Part shown: positions 28,171 through 42,401 of the stretch, in pieces
Layout of the letters: the number at the start of each line of letters is the position of its first letter
Position numbering within the stretch: position 1 is the first letter of the stretch
Assembly: GCA_043228905.1 (NCBI GenBank)
Contig: JBHGNT010000018.1
Span: 4,464,001-4,528,000, forward strand
Reading direction: 5' to 3'
Source: Azolla caroliniana
Taxonomy: Eukaryota > Plantae > Polypodiophyta
Length of the DNA stretch: 64,000 nt
Notes under the pieces: generated by a model
What the model was told of the DNA's origin: nothing
The model's input: the letters and a program-made list of their open reading frames with translations, nothing else
The model's database searches: none
Translations under genes and position numbers: made by a program

Positions 28171-31100
28171 GGTACTTGTATAGTTAAACATTGTATCTAT
28201 GTGTGTGTTTTGTGTTTTGTGTTTTGTTTCTATCTCTCCATGTACATACATGCGTGTTTTTGTGCCTATGCATATATTCATATGTAAGAGGTCCAACACA
28301 TAGAAACTCTTCTTTTTATAATGCCATCAAGTCCTCAACATTCAAGGGCTTTATACTTTCGAAGCTTCAACGAGGGTGTGGGAGAGCTCATAATTCTACG
28401 AGCTCTATGATACGTAAAGAGGCCAGATTTTTATAAGTGGTAGATTTTTTGGTAAGAAAAGTTTGTAAAAATGAAGAAAAAGGGTAAAGATTTGGTTTTA
28501 ACTTTTAGCTCAGAATGTGTAGATTTATCCACAATATGTAAAGTCTCTTCAATTGTCTTAAAGTGTTCATAAAAATATGGTTCATGTGTATGTTCACGTT
28601 CATTTTTTGCATGTATGTAAAGACAAATAATAGGAATCATCTTTTAAGCCTACCCAATATAATTTAATCCATCAAATCCATTAAAAGAACTGACATCCAA
28701 GAATATCTTGAAATACATTATCAAACCCAACAAGCTTATCTAATACATCATACAATTATGGGTTACTCATGCTATAAGATAAAATTCCCAACCTCCTCCA
28801 TTTACTAGTCAACCTCGGGCAAGCAACACATGATTGTGTGACTAACATTTCATTCGAGGAGATATAAGAAAGGACATTGATGTATCCCTCATGTATGTTG
28901 TGTGAATATCAATCACTATATCTTCTTAACCAACTAGATGTTCCAACAAACATCGTGGAGTTTAACCTCATGGTGAACAAGAAAGTGTAATAACAAAAAG
29001 AGCATATATTATGTGTTACCTTAACTAATGGAGTGCCATAAAATCTAATACCATATTTAATTTTAGCCACATAATGTGCACAACATCATACCATCCATAC
29101 GGGAACTTTCTTGTCGAATAAAGAACATCCCAATATTGGAAAAAAGCTATTTTCTAATGCATTGGAAAACCTTTTGCCTCAAATATGTCAATTGAGAACC
29201 GGGTGACAATATTAATGTTCAATAATCTTTTGTTTCTAGCGAGAAAATACAACTTTTAACTGCTCCTTAGTATCCAATGATTATATAGCTTTTGGTTTTG
29301 TGGCAATTCTTGGAGTTGTCTATGTATTGTGTCCCTTGCCAATTACATGGAAATATTCTATCACTTTTATTTCTCAAAGGATTTCTCGGTTCTCGTTGTC
29401 AAACCAAATGGTATAATGTTAATATGAACGAGTCAATTACTTGTGCTTTGCTATTAAAGGTTGTTGCTGCAAATTGCTAGCAATGGGTTTGATGATATGC
29501 TCATTACAAAATCTATTCATAATTTTTGTTTGAAATCATGTACAATAACCACTTGCTCCTCAATAAAAGGAATGACCACATTGGATTGGTACTTTTTCCA
29601 CAATACAAAGAGTGAAAGACAATACTAAGAATGAGAGATCTAGAAATATTCCCTAATAAGACATTTGAAATCAAAAGACAGTAAATTTGGATTTGAATTT
29701 TTATGACAAACATAGTTTCCAAGGTAGCATGTCTCACTTTCTTGTCTCCCTTGCATCTACTCGAGTTCCTTGTGCTAAAAAGTGTTTGTGTCAATACCAA
29801 TATATATATATATATATATATATTGAAGTTCACCCATTCTTCTAATTCCATTTACATACCAAGGCTTGTGGAAATAGCATGCCAATGAAAACATGTGAGG
29901 CATCATCCAATGACAAATGATGTTGCATTGCATGTCTTTACTCAAGTCACAACTTTTGTACTGGCAATTGTTTACTTTCATCTCCTTCTTTTTTTCCTTG
30001 AAAGATTTTCTTCAATAGTATTAAAACATCGAGAAAGTACAAGTAAAAGTTATCTGCCCGTAGGTTTACAACGTAATGTATGTACACCTAAACTTTTACA
30101 TACAAAAACAGCTTATATAGGGTTGTTGAGGCTTAAACGATACATTAACATGTTGGTTTTATATCAAGAAAAGGTCCATGGAAGATGATAATTCCATTGA
30201 GGTCTTTCATCTCCTTTTCTTGATATATTAATGCATATTGATATATCTATATTTATTTATATTTAAATCCACAATATTTATAAGGTGGGCCATAGCTATT
30301 TTATCACTATACGTTTGTAAGGGTATAGTTATTATAAAATATATTCGTAATGCAATCAAGCTCACTTATTCATCAAGTTCCGATGTTGCATATTTTGCAC
30401 TTCTTCGTATGTGCATGTCTGGTGTGTATTTGCATATGCACACTTCCCCTTGCGTTTGTTTTGCTAATATCCTACAACATGTGCAAAAATCTCACTAATA
30501 ACTTCTAACATACACATACCTCATCACTACAAAGTTATTTATTTTAGAGTCTTATTTTACACATACCTCATCCTTTAATGTGAAGAAATATTGTTATTGA
30601 GATATCATAAGCCCAATAAAAGAAGGGCGACTTATATACATTCGAACTTTTTACTCTCAAATAAAGCAAACCTATTCTTATTAAAACTGAAGGATTATTA
30701 CCGTTCCACTTAAGTCATTATGGAAAAAGCAAACCTATTCTTCCAAATCTTTTTCATTAACTCTTCAAATCATCTCATTGTGATCATTAACACAATGGTA
30801 ACCTTGAACATGACATGGTGGCCAATTCCCGACAATATAAGAAATATCAAATCCTATTGGAGCTTTGAATCTAAACTCTAACTAGTCTCTATGCATTCAT
30901 TTAATCCGAGTAACACATCCTTATTTCAATCAAGTATCCTGCCTTTATTTCAATCATTCAAGAAAAACACCCTTAAAGAATGATAAATACCATACTTTTT
31001 GGATTAACAATTTATTATATTATGAGGTAAATAAGCCTAAAAAATGAGAAAAATAAAAAAAACAAGTGTTTGAATAACATTCGCATTCTTTTTCCAACGT

Positions 31101-31751
31101 AGGAAAACGAATGTTATGCTAGACGAACACGAATTTTACATACTATGATTCCAATTAATCGGAGTATGAGAGCTCGAAACTAAACATTCAGATTACTACT
31201 ACCAATTACATTTGACGATTACAAAAACATTTGTCAAAAGCCATCCATTGGGATGTCAAGACAAACTATTGTTTCTGAGATGTGAATTCTCCTGCGGGTG
31301 AATGTCATAGGACTGTGGTCAAGGATTTATGGTTCAGATTTATTGTCAATGTTTAGAAACCTTCACATATGTTACATAATGTGGATGTATGTAATCTTGC
31401 CAACAATTAAGATTCTTTCATATTCCCATAAAAGAATTACAATCCAAGTCTATTCTCATTCATAGAGAACCACGGGCGAAACATAGCTTATCATCTATCA
31501 TCTAGAATGTGAATAAGAGAAGTAAGCTTTGGTACCCATAACGTTAGGAAATTTTGAAGAATGAGTGAGCTTCTCGGCGGAAATGCTTTGCATCTATCCA
31601 CCTTTTTCATGGTGGATTTGAAGCTATAAGAATACTTTTTCACAATTCTTGCACGCCTCTATCATTTAGAGGGTTTAGGGTTTGGGTTTAGGAGCATTGG
31701 GTGTTTCTTTGAAAGAAAAACACTTTTATACATGGGGATGATCAAAATACT

Positions 31752-32514
31752 TCACAACAGGCTCTCGATCTCTTCAGTAAACGAGTAATCTGATGGAGAC
31801 AAGCAAAACATTTTGTTAGGAACTCTCTGATAGAAAATCATAGCTAATTCAAATAGCATATAGAATCAAACTTCACTGTTTTACACTAAGTTCATAATGC
31901 ATTCACCTCAGGTATATCAGTATTTGATTCTTTATCACTATTGCATCCTTCTATCTCCGATGCCTTCCTTTTATTTGAAATGGACTGAAATAAATCTGCC
32001 AGACATTTGAACTAATGGTTACAAAGGAATGAGGTTGTATTGAATATTTTTCTCTCTAATGATTGAGATCTCAGACAGTACCTTTTTTGCAGCTTGAGAC
32101 TTTCTTCTCTCTCTCCAATCCGACAAGATCAAAGCAAAGATCTAACATTGATGCAGATACCTGCAAATAAAAAAGCTGTGGTCTGTGAGAGAATAATTAC
32201 ATAGCAATCTGCAAATAAGAGGATTACATTCTTAAAGCTCACCGAAGAAAATTCTGATTCTGATGTGCCACAAAATTCAATCAGCCGAAGTTTATCTACT
32301 TTTAGCTGCAAGATGTAGAAGCATATCAAGACATGACCAAGTCGGACGGTTACAGCATAATATAAAGCTTGCAGCAATACACACGTTACAACTCAGATTA
32401 TGTATGATTAATTTTCAATATAAATAAAGCTTCCATCTTGCAAATGCTATATCTGCTAGATGACTGAATTCTAGATTACAGGTCAACCCTTAAGAGATTA
32501 TACATGCTTAACGG

Positions 32515-32556
<42 letters not shown>

Positions 32557-34364
32557 GCCACATTTACACACTAATTACATCTGATCACACTTTTGCGTAT
32601 ATTACATTAGATCAAAGACTGCGTGATATCAAAAGGCCTCGTCTTGCAATGATTCTAAACGTGTGGCAACAGATCTGAATCTTTCATACCTTGTTTCTTT
32701 TGGCACACAGATAGAATGCAACTGCAGTAAACACAGGACGGCTAAAATCCGCACTATCTTTCCGGGTCTCTGGCAAAGAAGCTACAAATCTCTGTCTGTA
32801 CCTGCAAGTGTACCTCGGTAAATATCCTTTTCACGAAACAGAAAGCTTTCACATCCAAAAATAAAGGACTTATTTTATTCACTCACTGTGCCAAAGCTTT
32901 CATCACAGAAGTAACCAGCCTCACACAGCCGAACTGAATAGCCAACTCGCGAACATCCACTTTTAACCTGTGAACATACAGATAGCATGACCACTCTGTG
33001 AGCTTATCGATTCAAATTTCAACCTGTTAGGAATTTCTTTCCAAGTTCTGATCTTAATATGTTCATTGCTCTATAGAAAATTTGAATAGCTGACTCATGT
33101 ACATCTACTTCTAAACTGTGGATATAACAGAAAGTACAAAGAAAGTCTTATTACCATTTCTTTAATACACGTCATATGCATTTATCTTTGGTTCCAGAAT
33201 GTAATAATGTAATCTTCCGATGTAGCTGACTTTTTCAAAGCATATCATTAATTTTTATACATTCAACTTAACTACTTGATATATTCATGGCATTATCGTT
33301 TTTTTAAACTTGTTAGGAGACTGAAAGCTTTCTAATTAAACTACGGGGTTTTACTAAATTTAGATGAAAGTATAAAAGCAAAACGCCAACTCTTACTCAA
33401 AACTCTTCAAACAGAGTGAAATAAAACGCTAATCGTACATCGGGTGAGATCAAACAAGCAAGAAATAATAATAAACAATTTTTTGCGTGATCTTTCTCAA
33501 AACAAAGAAAAAAGATGACGTATCAAACGTTACGAAAGCTTTGAAATACGATTTAAGTTTCATTTCAAGACCTTGTTGAGAATGGGGACGATATGGCATA
33601 CCTTACGCCGAGGGCATTCTGAAGATGCGTCAAGGACCGGATGTATGCTTTTTCTGACAGTCCAGCTATACGGATTGCCTGACGCCGATCGAATTCTATC
33701 TTCAATCTGAAGCGGAGGAAGAAGATAAGAATAAAACATTTTCGTTAGTCAGGTCAAAACCTAACAGAAAAAACTACTTGTCAAAGCTCAGATTTAGTTC
33801 TAGGGGAGATTATACTTACTGTGAGCAAGCGAGCTCCACGCAGAGAACAGATTTACATACCTCCCCCTGTTTATAGAGATTCAAGCTGGATTCAGATCTT
33901 TGAAAACCAGATTGAACGAAGATGCATGGAGAAAGATTGAAGAAAATTCAATCAAAAAAGAACCTATTGCAGAAAAATAGAATAAGAAAGAAAATGGTGG
34001 AGAGCAAAGAAGAAAGAAGTGGAGTGGGAGGAGAGAGAGAGAGAGACGAGAAAGATTCTCCTGATAAAGGAAACAAGAACTGTAGACGAATCAGATCAAT
34101 TTCTGAAAGATGAGAAAAGAGGAAATGTAGAGCATGGTCGGATTCTTTGAAAGATAGAAAAGAAGATGTTCGAGAAGAAGAAAGAAAGAAAGCTTAACAA
34201 TGTGAAGAAAACGCAGATAAAGACTGATAAGTCTTAAGTCTTACCACGCCGAATGAAGAGGAGTTGAACCTCACTTTGCTGAGGCGTTGGAGCTCCATGG
34301 CTTTGCGAAGCACGGCAGGGAAGGCAGATAACCCGAGCTTGGAGACGAGGCTGCTCAGATCCAT
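31752..34364 (-). CDS. ORC6: Origin recognition complex subunit 6, 9 exons, ~256 aa (mostly missed by the ORF track)
   Basis: Exons (minus) 34364-34245, 33866-33820, 33706-33602, 32967-32887, 32801-32690, 32305-32243, 32160-32082, 31995-31907, 31826-31752; GT-AG, 771 nt. Translation MDLSSLVSKLGL...GVGEVCKSVLCVELAC...FDRRQAIRIAGLSEKAY...DVRELAIQFGC...ADFSRPVFTAVAFYLCAKRNKLKVDKLRLIEFCGTSESEF matches plant ORC6. The last two exons are less certain. Confidence 0.92.
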
Positions 34365-34400
34365 GGCGAGAGAGAGAAACAGACGGACGGACGGACGAAC

Positions 34401-34449
<49 letters not shown>

Positions 34450-34509
34450 CAAACCAGATTCAGACAATAGAGAGGCCTGAGATTTGAATCGGAAATTCAG
34501 AAGGTGCCG

Positions 34510-34593
34510 TTTCCCGCCAATTTGTTTTGGCGATTTCCCTCCAAAACCCGGCGGAGCGCGAACAGATTTTTTGGAGCCGGTTGCTTCCCGCGC
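34510..34593. promoter_or_regulatory. E2F-binding sites upstream of ORC6
   Basis: TTTCCCGCC at 34510-34518 (canonical), TTTGGCG at 34526-34532 and TTCCCGCGC at 34585-34593, 146-229 nt above the ATG. Pre-replication complex genes are established E2F targets. Confidence 0.7.
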
Positions 34594-34675
34594 ATTCAAA
34601 TCCGTTTTTTTGCGTTCTCATTCCCGAGAGGTGAGGTCACTCACACTCATTCTAAGGCTGCGATGGGGCCCATAC

Positions 34676-34950
34676 GTTGACCTTCCCCGTCCATGCCCTT
34701 GACTTTACCTTCCCAACACCATGCACTTGACTAGACCTTCCCAATCCATGCACTTGACTTGACCTTCCCAATCCATGCACTTGACTTGACCTTCCCAATC
34801 CATGCACTTGACTTGACCATTCCCAATCCATGCGCTTGACTTGACCCTCTAAGTCCATGTACTTGTCTTGACCTTCCCAAATCATGCACTTGACTTGACC
34901 TTCCCAAATCGTGCACTTGACTCTACCTTCCCTATCTAGTGTCCATGCAC
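34676..34950. repeat. 27-bp minisatellite, ~10 copies (consensus CCATGCACTTGACTTGACCTTCCCAAT)
   Basis: Directly visible tandem units; the spurious ORF repeats SSQVHGLGR (9 aa = 27 bp). Confidence 0.92.
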
Positions 34951-37049
34951 TTTTGGACTCACCTGCAGTGTGAAATGCCCCTGTTTTCTAAATCCATGTC
35001 TACTCCTAGTGTTTCTTAGGCCGAGGCCGGGTGGGCAACGTGGGGCAAAGCACCTGTCTGTTTGTTTATTTCTGGTCCTCTGGAGGGTGCTAAAGCAACA
35101 GTGAATATTGATCCGCCCTATCCGTGTTAAAGCCTGATTTCTAGGGCGAGGACAATTTCATGCAAATTTAGCAAACCATCCAAGGACATTAATGTGTGCA
35201 TGCTGTGGACATTCTGCTTGGCCAACCTTTTGAGTCTACGTCCGACTTGAACCTCGTCGAAACCGACCTTTCCCAATTTATCACTTGCATGTGTGGACGA
35301 AAATGATTTCATTGTGAAATAAAACTAGGTTTCATCCATGGACTTTCCTAATCTATGATAATAATAAAATGGGAGGTGTTGTTGTAAAGGTGGTTGAACA
35401 TTGTTAGGTTGAATACCCGCAGACACCTCAAGGTTCTAGTCTGAATGGTTTCCAAGTCAATGGCATGAATTTGAGGTGGTTGATCTTTAGTGATGTTTGA
35501 CCCCCGACAAATTTGGTCAAGTTCTTCTTTGGAAAAAGGAAGTGTTGGATTGGTGTAGATGTAAGTTCCAAACAAGGTTTCATAGATGCCATATTATCAC
35601 ATGCATTTCCTGTTGAAGTAAATATTTAATATTTTCTCTAGTTGCTCCCTTTGCAAAGAAGCAAGCACGAGTCATATTTTTCTCCCTATAGATGCATCAC
35701 GATGGCTTTCCATCATGGTGCATTGACTACAAACCCTCAAGTGTCATGCAACACATTATCACAAATGAGTTGTGAAGGAGCCCATAACCCAACTAATGGA
35801 TAGAGTCAATGCATGACTCTAGCCATTGACATTGTTCCAAAAGTCTCTTCATTCAGGGAAGACACCATGTTTAACCTCCAAGCTAAACAACACTTCAATC
35901 AATTATATAGTTAGTTGATTATCAACTTTTATGAAGAAGTAGGGAACAATGCATTCATCAACTTAAAGGATATGTTTGTGTTCTCACCAAAAGTTACATC
36001 TTATTATTGTGTTCTTCTTGAAAATCAACTAGTAGTCAATATATGGGAACATATCCCCATCTACCCTGATGTTGGCGAGATGGGCAAGAGTGCGTAAAAA
36101 ATGCTCTTGAGCTACTAACAAGTAGGGTAACTGCTAAAGCAATCTCTATTCCTACTCTACAATTAATCACTTACACAATATCAAGTGGATATTCAACTCA
36201 TCTGAGACTTAATTACCACAACCTGAGCACTTGATAGGAAGCACCAAGTCAGGAATCGCCAACAAAACTTAGCTTCCATTATTTCACATTTAAGATATTT
36301 ACAAGGTTGAAATTATCACAGTGATTAGACATATACTTGCGATTGCATAATGTAAAGAGAGAGAGAGAGAGAGAGAGAAAGACTTGAGCTTTAGATCCGA
36401 GAAATATAATGAATAGGAACCATTACAACAAGGTTTAATATCTTACCTTTATAGTTTTTTCTTATTTAACTATATTACAAATGATCTCTTTCACAATTAG
36501 AAAGGCATAAAGATTTATGGATATTATTCTTATACCCCATTACAATGTTTGGCTCTCTATCTCTATATTGCCCTAATTGTATAAGGAGTTTTCAATATAT
36601 CCTTAGACCAGAACGTCATAGATGATGATCAAGGGTACTTTGTGCTAGTGACAAGGTCTAAGACTACGGGGATGACTCCCAACAAAGCCAAGGGTACTCC
36701 CTATGGTCATAAAATTATCACAAGAGCAACCCAAGGAACTAATAATGTCTTGCCATACACCACATTATCATCAATCGCAAAGAAGGCATAAGCAACCTTT
36801 GGTGAGATTTTTCCCAATGTTGGTCATTTTACAAGTTGTAACAATAAACACTTTCAAGTAAATGTATTATATGCCTTCAATAACTTTAAAGGGGTCGAGA
36901 AACAAATTATTACAATGTGATGTTTATATTAAGCTATCTTGCAATTAGTGTTGAAATGATCTGTGAATAGGTACTCGATGCAAGTAACAAAGCTTTAACA
37001 TTATACATGCAAATGAAGTGGTCAATATGGTCGTCCCTCCCCAACATTC

Positions 37050-37815
37050 TCTATAAATGAGGGGGAGTCAACACTGCATACAATAGTTGAGTGATTAGAA
37101 GAGTATTGATTCTTTAATCGTTCTTATCCAACCTATAATGAGAATAGAGACTTGTAACCACCATTCATGGAGATGTGCTCATGATCAATTGTGTTGTCTC
37201 CGAATGTCAACAGATCATTACTATTAATCCCTTTTGATGTATGTTTTGTGTTGACTTCATTTCATCTCATGCATGGAACTTTGCATGTAAACCACTTATC
37301 TACATCGATGAAGTTAAATTCACAAATGTGCATCTACATCCCACAAACTACCCATTGTCTACTAGCTACCCTCGCTACGATGTCTAAACCTCGTTCATTT
37401 AACATTGAGCATTGGTGACCACAACACTAGACAAAAAGCACCACATTTCAATATGCTTCCCCAAATAACCTACTTGTTACCATTGCGCTATCAATGACCA
37501 TGAACCTCAAGAAAGGCAAGTGTTGTAGGGAGGTGAAGCCATACCCCCTTTATGGGTAGGGCAACAAAAAAAGTGAACACGAAAGATAGCGATAACCTAT
37601 TATTTCTATTGCAAGGCATTAATCATTTTATAAGCTTTCAACATAAGGTCGTAATCCAATCACAATTACATGAAAACTCTAAAGTGGTGCATTTACCACA
37701 AAGCCCTAGAGTGACACATTCATTACTACGTCGGGGAACAAACGGAAACTTAGTTACAAATGCCTAATCCACTGGACCACTCATATGACAAATAACATTG
37801 GCGCCCTCGTGAGAC
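37050..37815 (+). mobile_element. Possible old Tat/Athila-like gypsy LTR end with primer-binding site
   Basis: ...AATAACA-T-TGGCGCCCTCGTGAGA at 37791-37816 resembles an LTR end plus TGGCGCC PBS. CTATAAATGAGGG near 37052 is an LTR-type TATA. The surrounding region is too decayed to confirm. Confidence 0.3.
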
Positions 37816-40800
37816 AACCTCTTTGAGCCACACAATCCACAACTCCCTTTATTCAAAGCAAAGTGCCTTTATCCATATATATGAATATATATTAATCTTT
37901 AGTTTCTCACTCTTGGTTTGCTAGACTTGTTTGTCATCCTCACCAACATTCTTCCCCTCATGTTCATTCTCCATCATGTCCATGATCTCTTAGTTAAACT
38001 ATTGACTCTCATGTCAAATCTCGACACATGGCCATCCATCCAAATATATTTTCACATAGCCCATCTACCACATTTAGTTGGACATTAACTCTCACTATTA
38101 TTGACTCATCTTGATGATCACTCATCTTAGATCGGCCCAACACCTAGCAATCATCGATTACCCATATGGTTATCTATCAATATGGCAATCACTTAGGAGT
38201 TGACTAATGATCAGTTGCCATTACATTTAGCCACACTCTTCTTTGGGTAACTTTTCTTGCTCATTCTTCAACCACTCGACCATCCCATTTCTTGTTTGTT
38301 AATTTCCTAATTGGTGTGCATGTATTCATTGGTAGTAACATCCCATTGATGATGGTGGCCGCATGACAATCACAACTCAATGGCAAATACTTAATCGGTG
38401 ATATTAGGATATTCACAATGGTATTGCATAGCTATGACCTTGACTATTGGCAAATCCCAGTTATTATGGTTTGCATTGTTAAAGTACAAGACATTGGCAT
38501 TATTGTTGAGGTTAAGGTTTCTTCTAATGCCAAGAGTGTGTTGTCCATTGTCTATTGGATGAAGCCAAATAATGGGATGTGCTACTTGAGTGAATGCTCA
38601 ACATTCTAATGGAGAGTCGTGTACTTGAAAGGGACACCAAGTATGCATTGTATGTCTCTTAACTAGAGCACTTGATCATGGCGAAGTCGTTACTAACATA
38701 GGTATTTGGCTTGCTAGACGGTACATGGCATGTTCCCTAACATCATCATTTATCCTTGTATTTGTTTTATGAGCAAGGTACCGTAACATCCACATTACCA
38801 ATTTGATCAACCTATATTAAATTTGGTTGAAATTGGAGGCTCCTTGTTTTAGGTGCATCTAGTATCGTAGACAATAACTTGATTCGTTCAATTATGGTTC
38901 AAACTTGTTGATGTGATGCTCCTTTGTTCAAACTATGTCATGGTTCTCAAATGGTTCAAATATTATGATATGGGAATGAGCAAAGTCATATTTCACCCCT
39001 CAATTTGTAGGCTTTATCTGTTTGCTTCTGTAATTAAAAACACATTAAACTATAACTCATTTATATTTTTGTCCTTTTAGACTTTCATACATTTGGAGGA
39101 AGAATATCAAATACAATGAAACATTAAGATCATATACAATTTCTCAACTGATTCCTCGTCTTTCCTCAACTCATGTCACACACGTGCCTTCACACCCAAC
39201 TAATATAGTTATTTATCATGAGTTGTGGACTTAGTTCTACCATTTGTACGAAGACATGACATTTTAAGTTGAGTATGTGGATTTTGTTGACTTTGCAAGC
39301 ATGCCATCCTCACAAAGGATCCAATATAATTTTTTGAGGTATGGACTTTGTAGGTGACACCTAACTCTTATTGTAGTGTGTTGTTCCACACCATGGGTAA
39401 ATGGAACCTAACCCTCACTCCCTAATCCCTTGCTTTCTGTGCTTTGGCCAAAAAATCGTTAGCAAACTACCAATGGATGCATGGGATCCTAATGAATTCA
39501 CAATATAGTATCAAGATGCCTCTAACAAATATGGGACATTGATGGATTATGAGCAAGGGTAGGAGAAAAAACTACTATGGTGTATAAAGATTGTGCGACA
39601 TCCCATGGGCAAATACAACTGTAATGATATTGTCCAAGTTTTCTATGTCGACAAAAACAATATAATTAAGCATGGAAGTTGTCGAGATCAATAAGGAAGT
39701 TGTCTCATACAACACCATATCATCTACTTAGTTCCAAATGCTAAACTCATTATCATCATAACAATCGATTCCACCTAATCAACAAACCACCGAGACATTT
39801 TTGTCAACTCATCATGGTAGAAAATCTCATTTTTTGGATTCAAGGAGATTAATGTCAAGGATTAGTTCATCTGCTCGTGAATTAAGAGATTAATTTATAC
39901 TTCCATGCAATAGCAATGGATTTTGTTTAGGAAACATGTCAAGAAACTATAACATGTTGATAATCTTGGCCTCGCTGCAAGAGTTAAGATTGAATCAACT
40001 CGAATAGGAAAACTCTATAAAAAAACAAGTCAATTTGCAAGAATAATATACATATGGCTTGGGTTGTTGGGTGAACCTTTATATGCCATCCCACTCAATT
40101 AAAAAGGAAAGTAAATTCAAGAAGGGCTAGAAAATAATTGGTTGCAATGTTGTCCTACTAATAATGTGCTTGCATCATTCCATGGGCACCTAAGAATGGT
40201 TCTAAATTGATAAAGGGAATGTTGCAAGTTATTCAACAACTAGAAAAAAGAAGGCCACGTGTTATGAATATTGCTTGAGGTATTGTTTGGGAAAACCAAG
40301 TTCTAACCAATTGGGAATAATCGGGATAACCCTAACATTGGCACTCACATGGGATACATATGAGGTTATGTTGGGAGACCTAACAAGGAACATTGGTCTA
40401 GAGTTTCCCGTGTTGTCCAAATTTTCATGGAGATTTATGCAAATTTCTAATACCGACCTAGGGAAACAAATCAAGGTGTTGAGGTTGAAGTTTCCTAACA
40501 TGTTCATGGCAAATCAAGTTTAAATAATTGTCATAAGGTTAAGAGAACCTAGCCCATGGTGAGAATTGAACTCAGGTTCTCTTAACCTTATGAGAGTTAT
40601 TTGATGGGATGATGTAAACCACCAATTCAAGAAGAGAGAGATTCCTAAAGAGCAAATAGGAGAAAATTAAAGAAACCTACAAACAATATTCTTTAATGAA
40701 TACACTATACAAGAGATGGGGTTTGGTTTATACACGGTGTAACGTGACATTCTTTGGAAGTACACTCAAAGTTAGGAACAATCTCGTAATGAATGAGAGA

Positions 40801-42159
40801 ATGGAGAGTGGGTGTATTTATTCACACATTTACAAGGTTACATGTATCTAATTTAATAAATGCAAATGCAACTCCTATTCACAAAGTCAATGGTAAGCGT
40901 TAACACACATGTGCCCCAAGGGGCTTTAGATCTAAAATGCCCCAATCAATCTAGAAAAGGAGCATGGGTAGAGTTTGAACCAAAACGAGTCAAAGTTAAA
41001 AGATTAACCGTAGCATATCCGCTACAAATCGAACATGTCGATTCTTCAAATGATCTATGTCATCGAGACTACCTATTCCATAGCCTTGACGAATAATGTT
41101 GACTTGTGAACCCACAAATGTCTTCAGATCGGTAAATGTTGTGAAAGCCTACAAAGATACAAACCCAATATATATTAAATGGTCACAATAATTTTCAAGC
41201 AAAAGAACTCCAAATAATCCCAAGAAGAAGCGGGTAGAATTTAGTTCAAATAAATAGATCGAGACAAAACGATAAGTCCAAGTGAAAGATATTGATGCTT
41301 GTGGAGCTATGTGATATATTGATTGTGTGAATAAGGGGGTCATATCAAGGCCGAAACTTGAAGCAAAGACCAAAACAAGAGAAAGTGAGGTAATTTCAAG
41401 CCCAAAACATCACAACAAAATAGAACAAAACACGAAGGAAGAGAGGGACAACACACAAGTAGACCAATGGGCACCAACAAATATTATATATTGGCATCAA
41501 AAGTGGGATTAGCATTTAAGTCGAAAAGGGTAAGATCTATAGATTGTTTATGAAAATATTGCAACTAAAGCGATTCACATAGGTAGAAACACAATTACAT
41601 ACCTATTCCACAATGATGTAAAGGCCAATACTTTGTCGACATGGTCTTAGTTGGTAATGGGCAACTTTATATTTAAAAGATTGAATAATGAACGAGGAAG
41701 CTCGGAGGTCCAGTCGAAGTAGGTACACATTGCATCGAAATGGTCTCTAATTTCAATCTAGCAAATTTCATCAACTATTTCGACTAATATATCTCCAATT
41801 TACAAGAAAATCGTTTTCTATATGCAAAAACACTCTCGTCCGCTCTCTATTGCTTCTTGCCTCCTTCCCAAGTGCTTTTTCTTTGCTAAACTTCCCTTTC
41901 CAAAAGAGAAGAAATCGGATAATCGATACAACTAGTTTTTCGCCCTCCTTTTTCAAAGAATTTCCTAATCTTCTTGATCTAGCATCATGTTTTTATTTCT
42001 CTACTTTTATTCGAGGACCTTAAACTATGAACATATATATAAAACTTCTGATCGAACCCCACATACATAGACCCACCCACCCACACACACACACACACGT
42101 AGAGACAAAACTTCGTCGAGTCCGATTCAATGAGAGAATTGCCCCCCCACAGATATATG

Positions 42160-42347
42160 TATAGATAGATATATATAGAGATAGATAGATAGATAGATAG
42201 ATAGATAAGGGCAGGAGTGTTGGATGGAAGACACAAAAGGTGGAGGAAAGGAGCCGTTACACTCTTTGTCCGGACAAATGTGAACACGGCAAATTTGAAT
42301 TGTGGTCGAACGTTCGATCTCTCTCTCTCTCTCTCTCTCGCACACAC

Positions 42348-42401
<54 letters not shown>

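Noticed and set aside
27561-28299. 200-aa His/Thr/Tyr/Ile-rich ORFs
   Set aside because: Translations of (TACA)n/(TATG)n microsatellites, open in several frames only because the repeats lack stops.
34652-34916. ORFs with SSQVHGLGR repeats; CRISPR-like appearance
   Set aside because: Head-to-tail 27-bp minisatellite with no unique spacers, in eukaryotic DNA with no cas genes.
35100-41500. Gene-free block with short ORFs (e.g. 35348-35575, 40275-40523)
   Set aside because: No identifiable domain by eye; CpG-poor decayed sequence consistent with old TEs.
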